Assembly: GCA_022340905.1 (NCBI GenBank)
Contig: JAJDNB010000040.1
Span: 9,603-73,602, forward strand
DNA from: Deltaproteobacteria bacterium
Lineage (GTDB): Bacteria > Desulfobacterota > Syntrophobacteria > BM002
DNA: 64,000 nucleotides
Reading direction: 5' to 3'
Part shown: positions 9,033 to 18,871 of the stretch, one piece after another
Position numbering within the stretch: position 1 is the stretch's first letter
Layout of the letters: each line of letters starts with the position of its first letter
Position numbers and translations under genes: made by a program
The notes under the pieces: generated by a model
Database searches by the model: none
Told to the model about the DNA's origin: nothing
What the model saw: the letters and a program-made list of their open reading frames with translations, nothing else

Positions 9033-11246
9033 TTGAGCCTAAAAAGCATCCGCGACATTAGCCTAAAGTGGAAGTTATTGATCCCCTTTCTGTTTCTCTC
9101 CTTTGTGGGAACTAGCTCACTAATTCTTTTAGATTTGAATAACCAGAAAAGGCTAATCGAGTACCAGGAGAAGAAAAAGCTGTATGATTATTATCGAGCC
9201 TTTTCTGACCACATTGAGGATCTCGAACGTTCAGCATTGAGTCTGGCTTACCAAGTCGCAAAATCGCCGACAGTGCAAGAGGCATTTGCCCGCAGAGATA
9301 CCAAAGCGCTTATTGATTTACTGCTACCCTCCTACGAGGTTCTGGAAGATCAGTTCGATGTGAAACAGTTTCACTTTCACACCAAACCAGCCACCTCTTT
9401 TCTGCGACTGCATCGGATCTATCAGTCCGGCGAGGCGATGGCATCCTTTCGTCATACAATTACGAGGGTGGAGGAGACAGGCCAAGCCGTTGCCGGGTTA
9501 GAACGAGGTACTACTGGATTCGGAGTTAGGGGCGTCGTACCAGTGTTCTATAACACTGAATTTGTCGGAACCTTTGAGATCGGTTACGCTGTCGAGGGTC
9601 ATTTTCTAGATTCCCTCAAGCGTCGATACGACATGGATCTTGCCCTCCTCATTCCAATCCACGGAACTGGCGGCTTTTACACCCTGGCGGCCTCCTCGTC
9701 AAACTTACAGATATCAAGTGACGAGATCTGTAGGGATGTATTGCGAACTCAAAGCCCCCACATAATGATCAGCCCGCTTGCTGCCACCGGATTGGCTCTT
9801 TTCCTGGGCCCGCTGAAGAATTCTGCCGGGAAGAGCATTGGGGTGGTGGAGATCAGCGTTGACAGATCTGCCACTCTTGCCGAGTTGGCCGAAAACAGGA
9901 ATGAGATGTTTGCTGTTATGGTGGCAGCCCTGCTGTTTTCGTCTATTATTATTGTTTGGGTGGTGACGATCTTTCTTCGCCCTGTCCGGGATATTGTTTC
10001 AGCTGCTCGGGACATAGCTGCGGGCGATCGAGTCCGGGGAATTTTTGTGCCAGTCCGTGATGAGATCGGAACCCTGGCCGACTCTCTCAATGACATGCTC
10101 GAATCCCTCAACAGGGCAAGGCAGGAGATTCAAGAATATTGCATTACCTTGGAAGAGAGAGTAAAGGCGAGAACCCAGGAGCTCGTGGAAGAGAAGGAAA
10201 AATACGAGACATTAGTGGAAAATGCCCCTCTGGTTGTCTATCGCATTGAACCAGATGGAACGACCGTTTATGTTAACAGAGTTGTGGAGGACATACTTGG
10301 ATATACACCCACGGAGGTAATAGCTGACAGAGAATTCTGGACGAAAATCACACATCCCGATGATCAGCAGAACCTTGCCAAACAACTAAGGGCATGTCTC
10401 GCAGAGGGTAAGGAATTATTGCTTGAATACAGAGGCAATCGCAAGGACGGCCGTGAATTATTTCTGCTAAACCATGCAATACCCTTGACTGATAGTGGGG
10501 GCAGGGTGCAGGCGGTGGATGGTATCATTGTAGACGTGAGTGAGAGGAGACGGCTACAGGAGCAGATAATTCAGACCGAGGAACTCAAAACTCTAAGCAA
10601 TGTTTCTGCCAGGCTGGCACACGAAATACGTAACCCTCTCACCTCAGCTGGTGGCTTTGCCCGAAGGCTGCTTCTAGAGATGGATCAGGACAATGCTCAG
10701 AGGAAGAAGGTTGAGATTATTGTTCATGAGGTCCAGAGGCTCGAGCAAATTCTCAAGATGATCCTAACATACATTCGGCCAGTTCCCCTGGAATTTTCTT
10801 TAGTGGACTTGAACGGGCTTTTAGAAGGAGCTATACGCAAGTCCGCGGAAAAGTTTGACCAACGGGGGATCGAGGTTGAGGTTGAGCTGGATGAAAAACT
10901 TCCTTACATTCTTGCAGACCGCGGCCACTTGAGCAACGCGTTGGAAAGAATTCTGCGCCAGGCCTGCAAACACATGCCGGAAAGATCTCGCATGAAGATA
11001 ACTACCACGACAAATGGTAAAGCAGTGGTTCGACTCTCTTATCCTGCACTCCATCTGAAAGGTGATGATATGGAGCACTTTTTCTACCCCTTTGTGACCG
11101 AGGAACTGGCGGAAGCTGACCTCGAGTTGCCCATGACCAAAGTAGTGATTCATAAACATGGGGGGATTATTCATATTACCCGGGTAGATGATGACCAGAT
11201 TCTCGTCTCCATTACCTTTGTTCCCGTGGGGCAAGTGAGGACATGA
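9033..11246 (+). CDS. Membrane sensor (Cache-HAMP-PAS-HisKA) with degenerate HATPase domain; probable pseudokinase
   Basis: Two TM helices around a Cache-like region (FLRLHR, GLERG..GFGVRGVVPV), HAMP, PAS, H-box AHEIRNPL; N, G1 and G2 boxes not recognisable. Confidence 0.85.
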   Translation: MSLKSIRDISLKWKLLIPFLFLSFVGTSSLILLDLNNQKRLIEYQEKKKLYDYYRAFSDHIEDLERSALSLAYQVAKSPTVQEAFARRDTKALIDLLLPSYEVLEDQFDVKQFHFHTKPATSFLRLHRIYQSGEAMASFRHTITRVEETGQAVAGLERGTTGFGVRGVVPVFYNTEFVGTFEIGYAVEGHFLDSLKRRYDMDLALLIPIHGTGGFYTLAASSSNLQISSDEICRDVLRTQSPHIMISPLAATGLALFLGPLKNSAGKSIGVVEISVDRSATLAELAENRNEMFAVMVAALLFSSIIIVWVVTIFLRPVRDIVSAARDIAAGDRVRGIFVPVRDEIGTLADSLNDMLESLNRARQEIQEYCITLEERVKARTQELVEEKEKYETLVENAPLVVYRIEPDGTTVYVNRVVEDILGYTPTEVIADREFWTKITHPDDQQNLAKQLRACLAEGKELLLEYRGNRKDGRELFLLNHAIPLTDSGGRVQAVDGIIVDVSERRRLQEQIIQTEELKTLSNVSARLAHEIRNPLTSAGGFARRLLLEMDQDNAQRKKVEIIVHEVQRLEQILKMILTYIRPVPLEFSLVDLNGLLEGAIRKSAEKFDQRGIEVEVELDEKLPYILADRGHLSNALERILRQACKHMPERSRMKITTTTNGKAVVRLSYPALHLKGDDMEHFFYPFVTEELAEADLELPMTKVVIHKHGGIIHITRVDDDQILVSITFVPVGQVRT

Positions 11247-11324
11247 AATAGTTTGTTGGATTTCGATTTTCTGGTCACGAGGGTGAATGCTCATTGAGAA
11301 ATGAGCAAGGGGAAATGATCCCAG

Positions 11325-11834
11325 GTGAAGGCACTGGAGATTGACGTGACAGATATGATGAAAAGATCTGACCATGGCCAGGGAGAACTGACCAAGCTCC
11401 AGAAAGATGGAATCGCAGCTAAGCTGTCAAACAATCCCATAGTGAAGTTCATGTCCATCGGGCTGAGGGAGGTGCATAGAGGCGAGGCTACGCTCATTTT
11501 GAAAGACCGAGAGGAATTGCGCAACTCCATGGGGTTATTACAGGGCGGTATTTTGGGTGTACTGGCGGATGCGGCGGGCGGTGTTTCCCTCTACTCCGTA
11601 TTGTCTGATCCTCTGAAAGTGGTGATTCCAACGGTGGAGTTCAAGGTGAACTTTCTGAGGCCAGCCAAGGAAGGAGACGTGGTAGCCCGTGGCAGAGTGG
11701 TTCACAGTGGACGGCAAATCGCTGTTTGCCAGGTGGAGGTTTCTTCAGAAGGCGGGGTATTGCTGGCCACTGGGGTTTTTACTTACATGATAAAATATCT
11801 AGATGAAGAACAGGGCATAGAGCATAGAGCATAG
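11325..11834 (+). CDS. PaaI family hotdog-fold thioesterase
   Basis: RNSMGLLQGGILGVLADAAGG, TVEFKVNFLRPA, GRVVHSGRQIAVC. Confidence 0.9.
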   Translation: MKALEIDVTDMMKRSDHGQGELTKLQKDGIAAKLSNNPIVKFMSIGLREVHRGEATLILKDREELRNSMGLLQGGILGVLADAAGGVSLYSVLSDPLKVVIPTVEFKVNFLRPAKEGDVVARGRVVHSGRQIAVCQVEVSSEGGVLLATGVFTYMIKYLDEEQGIEHRA

Positions 11835-11839
11835 GGCAT
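11813..11839. repeat. Heptamer tandem repeat GCATAGA overlapping the PaaI-gene stop
   Basis: gggcataga gcataga gcatagg gcat; encodes the tail GIEHRA and the TAG stop. Confidence 0.85.
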
Positions 11840-11949
11840 TCAGTTCAGTCGTTGCAAACGCAAAACTCGTTTCTGCCGCTTACCGATTACCATTCACCAT
11901 TTCCTATTTCGTACCCATTTGAAAAGTAGCGATAGGGGAGAAGCAAGTA

Positions 11950-13866
11950 ATGAAACAAATTATCCTGGGCACTGCTGGACACATTGACCACGGGAAGACG
12001 ACTTTGATCAAAGCCATCTCTGGGATCGACACCGATCGCCTCAAGGAAGAAAAGGAAAGGGGTATAACCATTGAATTAGGTTTTGCCCACCTCACACTTC
12101 CCAACGGTCAAGAGCTCGGTATTGTTGATGTACCTGGTCACGAGAAATTCGTGCGACACATGGTGGCGGGAGCAACAGGAATAGATATAGTAGCTCTCGT
12201 TGTAGCGGCTGACGAGGGGGTTATGCCCCAGACCAGAGAGCACTTAGAGATATGTGAACTCCTCGAAGTTAAACAGGGGCTGGTGGTTCTGACCAAGACT
12301 GATCTCGTGGAAGATCGCGATTGGATAGATTTGGTGCAGGAAGATATCCATGATTTCTTGCAGGGGACGTTTCTCGCTTCTGCGCCCATAATAGCGGTTT
12401 CAGCTGTAAGCGGCGAAGGGCTAGGGGAGTTGCTGGAAAGTTTGCAGAAACTGAGCGAATCAGTGGAGGCCCGCCCGAGTAGCGGAGATTTCCGGCTAGC
12501 AGTAGACCGAGTTTTCACTATGAAAGGATTTGGCACGGTAGTGACAGGCACTGCCATCTCGGGCAAGACTGAGACAGGGGACACCCTTGTGGTCTATCCT
12601 CAGATGCTCAAAACCAAGGTGCGTGGAATTCAAGTGCACAATCGGGAGGTAAATGAAGCCGTCAGTGGGCAGCGTACAGCCATAAATTTACAAGGTCTAG
12701 AAAAGGCGGCTCTTGAGCGAGGAAATGTGTTGGCAACACCAGAGAGCCTTGTTTCCTCATATATGGTTGACGTGCGGTTGCATCATTTGGAAAACGCTCC
12801 CCGGGTGCTGAAAAACAGGGCTAAGATTCGCTTCCACACCGGAACCAGTGAGATAATCGGCACCTTGATACTTCTGGACACCGATGAGCTGAAACCAGGT
12901 GCCAGCGGTTATGCCCAGGTGAGATTAGACAAACAGGTGGCTGTTCGCAATGGGGATCGTTTTGTTCTCAGAAGCTATTCACCCATGCACACCATCGGTG
13001 GTGGCCAGATACTACATCCCAACCCGAAGAAGCGCAGGAGAATGGTGGGCAAGACTATAGAGGCCTTAGGAGTGCTCGAAAGAGGAGAGTCTCATAAAAT
13101 GGTAGAACTCTACCTCAAAGAAGCGGGATTTGACGGGGTTGGCGAGAGGGCTCTGACAATACTTGCCAATATCACCCAGAAGGAACTCCGTAGTCTACTT
13201 CAGGACATGATGAGCCGAGGCGAGGTGATTCAATTTGATCGGGAAACTCCCAGATTCGTGCACGAGGAAGCTTTCGGGAAGCTCAGACAACTACTGCTGG
13301 ACCACCTAGCTGAATTCCACCGCAAAGAGCCTTTGCGGGCAGGAATTAACAAGGAGGAATTGTTCGGGCGCTTGCCCCGAGGAGCTGACGGCAAGTTGTG
13401 TAATGAACTGATTCAGCGGTTGACTCGCCAAGGTGAAATCATTCAAGAAAGGGATCTGGTGAGACTCTCCTCTCATCAAATTGAGCTTGCGGGAAAGCAA
13501 GATGAGGTGCGAGAGAAGATAGAATCAATCTACCGAGATGCGGGCCTGCAACCCCCATTCTTTAGAGAGGTAGCCCGATCTCTTGGAGTCCCAGATAAGG
13601 AAACTCGCCAAATCCTTTCTTGGATGTTGGAGCAGGGGTTACTCGTCAAGGTTAAAGAGGATATGTATTTTCACTACGGAGCCCTTGATGGGCTTAAGCA
13701 ACAGCTACTGGATTTATTTGAGGAACGGGAGGAAATAACAACCCCCCAGTTCAAAGAACTCACGCAAACCAGTCGAAAATACACCATTCCCCTTCTCGAG
13801 TTTTTGGATGCCAGTCGATTTACCATACGAGTAGGAGATGTTCGCCGTTTGAGACAGAAAAAGTAG
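11950..13866 (+). CDS. selB: Selenocysteine-specific translation elongation factor
   Basis: [33 protein letters not shown]; C-terminal winged-helix region with [13 protein letters not shown]. Confidence 0.98.
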   Translation: MKQIILGTAGHIDHGKTTLIKAISGIDTDRLKEEKERGITIELGFAHLTLPNGQELGIVDVPGHEKFVRHMVAGATGIDIVALVVAADEGVMPQTREHLEICELLEVKQGLVVLTKTDLVEDRDWIDLVQEDIHDFLQGTFLASAPIIAVSAVSGEGLGELLESLQKLSESVEARPSSGDFRLAVDRVFTMKGFGTVVTGTAISGKTETGDTLVVYPQMLKTKVRGIQVHNREVNEAVSGQRTAINLQGLEKAALERGNVLATPESLVSSYMVDVRLHHLENAPRVLKNRAKIRFHTGTSEIIGTLILLDTDELKPGASGYAQVRLDKQVAVRNGDRFVLRSYSPMHTIGGGQILHPNPKKRRRMVGKTIEALGVLERGESHKMVELYLKEAGFDGVGERALTILANITQKELRSLLQDMMSRGEVIQFDRETPRFVHEEAFGKLRQLLLDHLAEFHRKEPLRAGINKEELFGRLPRGADGKLCNELIQRLTRQGEIIQERDLVRLSSHQIELAGKQDEVREKIESIYRDAGLQPPFFREVARSLGVPDKETRQILSWMLEQGLLVKVKEDMYFHYGALDGLKQQLLDLFEEREEITTPQFKELTQTSRKYTIPLLEFLDASRFTIRVGDVRRLRQKK

Positions 13867-13886
13867 GCTACGCAGCGGACTACTCC

Positions 13887-14101
13887 TAACAACTAGGCAC
13901 TACGCACTAAGGACTAAGCACTAAAAAGATATTCTATTAATATTTGAAAATACTGGGAAAGTATACTTTTTACTAGAATTAACTTTAAATGTATACGTGA
14001 GAACAAAAAGCTTAAACATGGCACTTTTAAGGTCGACGATCACCCTCGGACAAATACTTTTGCCTGGTGCTTAGTGTCTAGTGCTCGGTGCCTACTTGTT
14101 A
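13887..14101. repeat. Long imperfect inverted repeat (37-bp arms) around an AT-rich ~140-bp core, between convergent selB and pyrD
   Basis: Arms 13887-13923 and 14065-14101, 29/37 matches by hand, built of GCACTA(A/G) units. Confidence 0.75.
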
Positions 14102-15031
14102 CCTGGCAACCTCAAGGGTGCCGATTATTTGGTTGATGTCTCTGAGCCCTTGCTGGCGGAGATAATCCTCTAACCCGGAGATAATATCTAGGGTAACCTG
14201 CGGATTGACGAAGTTGGCAGTGCCAACCTGAATAGCCTTGGCACCGATGATCAAAAATTCGAGAGCGTCTTCCACAGAGACTATTCCTCCGAGCCCGATA
14301 ACCGGCAGATTGCTTGCTTGGATTACTTGCCACACCATTCTCAGGGCGATGGGTTTGATGGCTGGGCCAGAAAGCCCTCCCACCACATTGCCCAGCCGAG
14401 GCCTTCGTGTTTGAGGATCAACGGCCATACCGGCAACTGTATTTATCAATGAGAGAATATCTGTGCCTGCATCCTCCGCAGCTTTTGCAGGAAGAGTTAT
14501 GTCAGTGACGTTTGGAGTAAGTTTGGTAATCACTGGTAGGTTAGTTCTAGATCTGACGGCGGATACAACCTGGAATACCATCTTAGGATCCGAACCAAAT
14601 GCCATTCCCCCAGCCTTGACATTTGGACAAGATATGTTGATCTCCAGTGCGTCTATACCCTCATGGCCATCTAGCCCTGCTGCCAACTCACCATACTCTT
14701 CCACGGTATTGCCGAATAGATTTACTATCACAGGTACTTGTAAAGGCCTGAGGTGGGGAAGTTTTTCCCGCAAGAAGGTCTGAAGACCGACATTTTGCAA
14801 GCCAATGGAATTAAGCATACCGCCGCACGTCTCCCATATGCGAGGAGGCGGATTACCTGACCGGGGTTCCAATGAGATGCCCTTTACCACGACCCCACCT
14901 AAATTTTCGAGTGGCACGAGAGCGGCGTATTCCTGCCCATAACCAAAGGTACCTGAGGCCACCATTACCGGGTTTTTCAACCTCAGGGGTCCAAGTTCAA
15001 CTGCTAGGATTACAGGGCTATTAATGGTCAT
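14099..15031 (-). CDS. pyrD: Dihydroorotate dehydrogenase B, catalytic subunit
   Basis: LKNPVMVASGTFGYG, MLNSIGLQN, EINISCPN, KLTPNVTDI, GGLSGPAIKP. Confidence 0.97.
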   Translation of the reverse strand: MTINSPVILAVELGPLRLKNPVMVASGTFGYGQEYAALVPLENLGGVVVKGISLEPRSGNPPPRIWETCGGMLNSIGLQNVGLQTFLREKLPHLRPLQVPVIVNLFGNTVEEYGELAAGLDGHEGIDALEINISCPNVKAGGMAFGSDPKMVFQVVSAVRSRTNLPVITKLTPNVTDITLPAKAAEDAGTDILSLINTVAGMAVDPQTRRPRLGNVVGGLSGPAIKPIALRMVWQVIQASNLPVIGLGGIVSVEDALEFLIIGAKAIQVGTANFVNPQVTLDIISGLEDYLRQQGLRDINQIIGTLEVAR

Positions 15032-15263
15032 GAGATAAAACCACCACCAGGTAAATCATAAACTGCCAGGATAGGCGTAAAAAATAAAGATTAATAAAGT
15101 AAAGAAAATCGATTGGTTAATTAAATATTATCGTATTTACTGCTTTTCTAGTATTTATAGCTTTTGTATACTTTATAGCTTTTTAGCGGTTCTTGCCATG
15201 GATGCAGATTTGCCACCAAATGAGTTGTGGCCCGTTGCAAGGTACCAAGCGTCTGCTTGAAGA

Positions 15264-16076
15264 TTATTCCCAGATTATCTCCTCTCCGTCGAATACCGGT
15301 CCATTCTGGCACACATTTGCGTAGTGAGGATCCGCAGCACCTTGAGGGGGGCGGCACCTGAGGGAACAGCTTAGGCAAGCCCCAACGCCACAGCCCATTA
15401 ACGCCTCCATGGAGAGTTGTGAGGATATTCGCAGTCGTGCAGCCATCTCTGCTATTGAACGTTGCATCGGGTAAGGACCGCACGAATAGATAACTTTAGG
15501 CAATTCATCCTGCTGGATCAACCACGGTTCAAGATGTTCAGTGACTAATCCTTTTCGCCCTATGCTTCCGTCTTCGGTGACTATTTCCACCGCAAAACCA
15601 AGATCCTTGAAGTGTTGGACACAGACGAGATCACCAGAGGTTTTACCGCCGAACCATAGTACAAATGGACCCTTGTGTTTATGTGCGGCAAGGGTTTCTG
15701 CCAGATAGGGCAGAGGGGCAATACCGATGCCTCCTGCAACCAGTAAGACAAATCCATTGTCGTTGGGAAAGCGGAAGCCTCGACCAAGAGGGCCGAGGAG
15801 GTTCACAGAATTACCCGGTTGCATTGTGGTAAGAAGCCGAGTGCCCTTACCAACTACTTTGTAGAGGATCTCGAGCGAGCCAGGAGGATCATTGGGGTAC
15901 AATCGGTGTATGGCAAAAGGACGACGGAGTAAGGGATCGAAGCTGTCTCGGATCCTAACCATAACGAACTGCCCCGGCTGGATGCTCACTGCAATGTCGG
16001 GGCATAGCAACCCCAGATGGTAGAGCTCAGTGCTCATGGGCTTGTTAAAGAGTATTTGTGCATTTCTCAAGATCAT
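15264..16076 (-). CDS. pyrK: Dihydroorotate dehydrogenase electron transfer subunit
   Basis: PGQFVM, LRRPF, GPLGRGF, AGGIGIAP, CGP, 2Fe-2S motif CGVGACLSC...VCQNGPVF. Confidence 0.95.
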   Translation of the reverse strand: MILRNAQILFNKPMSTELYHLGLLCPDIAVSIQPGQFVMVRIRDSFDPLLRRPFAIHRLYPNDPPGSLEILYKVVGKGTRLLTTMQPGNSVNLLGPLGRGFRFPNDNGFVLLVAGGIGIAPLPYLAETLAAHKHKGPFVLWFGGKTSGDLVCVQHFKDLGFAVEIVTEDGSIGRKGLVTEHLEPWLIQQDELPKVIYSCGPYPMQRSIAEMAARLRISSQLSMEALMGCGVGACLSCSLRCRPPQGAADPHYANVCQNGPVFDGEEIIWE

Positions 16077-16287
16077 AGAATAACAACATAAAAATAGAAA
16101 AAGTTAATAAAAATTCTTAATAAATGTTAGGACCAAGTTCATAGCAAGATCCCGGCTATTGGCACAAAGAAGTCAGAGGCCACAAAGAATAGAGCTAAAA
16201 TCTGATTCAACCACCCATGGGAGATCTGACATTCTATCCTCCTTAGTGCACTTTATGACCTCAATGATTTCGTCTATCCTTTGAATG

Positions 16288-17106
16288 CTAGCCGTCCTTG
16301 ATGCTTACGGCAACAGCGAAACGGCCTGTTTTGCCCTCACCCCGGTATGAATAAAAGACTTCAGGGTGACATTTGGTGCACAGCCCAGCAATCTCAATAT
16401 TTTTTCTCGGCACCCCAGATTCAGTAAGTTGGACCTCAGTAATTCCCCAGAAATCGAAGTAATTCGCCCTCACTTGGAATCGAGAAAAGGTAGGGGGGAG
16501 ATCTTGCTTCCAGTTGCGAAACTCCGAACAACATGGGCCTAGGGAAGGCCCAACCCCGGCAATGATATCAGGGGGGTTGCAGTTAAACTGTGACACCATA
16601 AGCTGAATAGCTTTACCTGCAATATTCTTGACGCTCCCACGCCAACCCGCATGGATGATGCCTGCCACTCTTTTAGCTGGATCGTAAAGGAGGATTGCCT
16701 GACAGTCAGCTACCTTGATCATCATCAGCAACCCTGGCAGCTGTGTGAAAAAGCCATCTTTACCGTGGAGGGGATAATCCACTCGCGAGTCCAAGTGAGG
16801 GTATTCACGCAGTACGACCAGGTTGCTGCTGTGGCTTTGTCTGGCATAGATGAAAGAAGAACACTCAGTTGCATTTCTTATCCGGTGAAGATTTTCTTGG
16901 ACCCTCAGGGCATCGTCCCCCGTGTCGTAGCTAACATTGAGGCTGGCAAAAGGTGGCAGGCTTGTCCCCCCCAGACGAGTGAAAACACGGTGTTCTAATT
17001 CTGCAAATCGACCGAGAAGATGAAATCTATAAAAGGGGATGGAGTTTTCTGCAAAGGGCTGTAAGGTTTCTGATACTGGAAGTACCGTATTGCCGAATGT
17101 GAACAT
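16288..17106 (-). CDS. pgeF: Peptidoglycan editing factor PgeF / YfiH-family purine nucleoside phosphorylase
   Basis: FTRLGG.S..PFASLN, VADCQAILL, HAGWRG, GPSLGPCC, CTKC...FYSYR; start uncertain. Confidence 0.9.
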   Translation of the reverse strand: MFTFGNTVLPVSETLQPFAENSIPFYRFHLLGRFAELEHRVFTRLGGTSLPPFASLNVSYDTGDDALRVQENLHRIRNATECSSFIYARQSHSSNLVVLREYPHLDSRVDYPLHGKDGFFTQLPGLLMMIKVADCQAILLYDPAKRVAGIIHAGWRGSVKNIAGKAIQLMVSQFNCNPPDIIAGVGPSLGPCCSEFRNWKQDLPPTFSRFQVRANYFDFWGITEVQLTESGVPRKNIEIAGLCTKCHPEVFYSYRGEGKTGRFAVAVSIKDG

Positions 17107-17110
17107 GGAG

Positions 17111-18061
17111 CTAAATTTCCAATTCCAAACCCTCCCGGGCCAGGATGATTTCAAGGTTGGAGTTGCCCTTTATGGTCTCATAGTAACGGATGGTTTTGTC
17201 GAAAATTTCTTCAAGCTTCTCATCACTGTAAGAGGGCTCGTGGTGGAAAAGGATTAACCGTTTAATCCTTGCTTTCAAGGCAATGTCAACTCCCACCATC
17301 GATGAACTGTGACCCCAGCCCTCTTTTTCCATAGCGTCCTCGAGAGTGAACTGGGCGTCGAATACGAGAGCCTCGCTCTCTGTGTAAAAATCGATATACT
17401 GCTCTAGTGCTTTGGGACGTAATCCCTTGTATTCAGCATCCGAGGCGTATATAAAAGCTCGACCGTCTTGCTCGATCTTGTAAGAGAAGGAGCCGCCGGG
17501 ATGTCGCAGAGGGAGACTGCTAACCGTAAATTCTCCAATATTTACCTTGGCTCCCTCGCCGAGTTGAACAAATTGAAGATCGGCTGACATGGTCTCCAAA
17601 CTCACGGGAAAATGGTCCGGATGATGCTGGTCCTGAAAACGTTCTTTAATACGGGGGTGGCGACCGTATATAATAATCTGGTTCCCAGGGGCGTATGCAG
17701 GGGTAAAAAAAGGAAAACCCATGATGTGATCCCAGTGAGTGTGGCTTATTAGCAAGTGAATTACTCCCTGTCCTTGTCCACACGGACCCTGCATGAGGTC
17801 GATACCAAGCTGGCGAATGCCGGACCCGGCGTCGAGAATGATCTCAGTATTTTCGCCTTGAACTTCCACGCAAGACGTGTTGCCACCAGTGGTAGCTCTC
17901 TGGTGACAGGGGAGGGATTTGACGTAGTTCCTTACTGATCGGGCATCATTTAGGTCTACGCCACTGGCCCCGCGTAGAGCCTGTACAATCTTTTCTTCAA
18001 TCTCTGGTGGAAGGATGGGTGCAGGCAATGATCCTCGCACACCCCAAAATTTAACCTTCAT
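17111..18061 (-). CDS. MBL-fold metallohydrolase (phosphodiesterase-like)
   Basis: VKFWGVRGS, GGNTSCVEV, DAGSG, HTHWDH, HPGG, DAQF, WGHSS, LFHHEP. Confidence 0.9.
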   Translation of the reverse strand: MKVKFWGVRGSLPAPILPPEIEEKIVQALRGASGVDLNDARSVRNYVKSLPCHQRATTGGNTSCVEVQGENTEIILDAGSGIRQLGIDLMQGPCGQGQGVIHLLISHTHWDHIMGFPFFTPAYAPGNQIIIYGRHPRIKERFQDQHHPDHFPVSLETMSADLQFVQLGEGAKVNIGEFTVSSLPLRHPGGSFSYKIEQDGRAFIYASDAEYKGLRPKALEQYIDFYTESEALVFDAQFTLEDAMEKEGWGHSSSMVGVDIALKARIKRLILFHHEPSYSDEKLEEIFDKTIRYYETIKGNSNLEIILAREGLELEI

Positions 18062-18442
18062 ATGAACCCCATTCTAACCATTTGATTCTCCTAACCTTTT
18101 ACCTTCCAATTCTTAAATTCCCGTAGTCTATCATAAAAATTTTTGCCGAATCAATTCAAAAAAACGGCTGGCTCTCGTCAACCTCCCACTAGAGAACATG
18201 CAAATCGTATTCCATGGGAGTGTCTTTACAGCTGGATCTTCACTGGTCGGGTCGAAGATCCAACCAAAGGAGTCAATTTGCATTGGCTCAGCGGGAAAAG
18301 ATGACGATCATTTTGGAAGTAGTAGAGTGGGCATCACGTATGATTTCAGATTACAGATTGAGCCTCCATGGATTTCTTCACCAGAGTCTCTAAGCTCTTA
18401 CATCTGAAATCTACATTCTAAAATATTGCATGGCTCATTTCG

Positions 18443-18871
18443 TTACTTATGTCGACGAAAGAACAGCTTGAGCAGCTCTTCCTGGATGATGTTTTTTTCG
18501 TCTGACTGAACAGATTTAGCAGGAACCGCTTGTTTGTCTGGAGTGGGTTGGCTGAATCCTTTTCTGGTTTTTGCCAGAGCAGTGTTCTCTCGACCAAAAA
18601 CTTCCTGCAGCTCTCTATCAATCTTTTTCTGTTCTCTGGCCTGGGTCTCCCTGAGGCTTTCGGTACTTCTCAAGGCTTCATAAGAGGACGGGCGAATTTT
18701 AGGGTCTATGGTAGTAGATTTTTTCTCAGCTGGCGCGCGGCGTGCAATATTGCGCAGAGCTATGAGAAGAAATAGGGGGATGATGAGGTAGACAACAGTC
18801 TTGAACATTTCTCTTCCCTTAGGATCGGCGAGCCATTTCATTACTTTTTCTAGAATTTTATTGGCGTCCAT
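18443..18871 (-). CDS. Hypothetical single-pass membrane protein
   Basis: One hydrophobic helix (VVYLIIPLFLLIAL), then a charged cytoplasmic region. Confidence 0.6.
   Translation of the reverse strand: MDANKILEKVMKWLADPKGREMFKTVVYLIIPLFLLIALRNIARRAPAEKKSTTIDPKIRPSSYEALRSTESLRETQAREQKKIDRELQEVFGRENTALAKTRKGFSQPTPDKQAVPAKSVQSDEKNIIQEELLKLFFRRHK

Noticed and set aside
18200-18380. 6S RNA
   Set aside because: Only about 9 bp of closing stem, built on the self-palindromic CCATGG; no convincing central bubble; context unlike usual 6S loci
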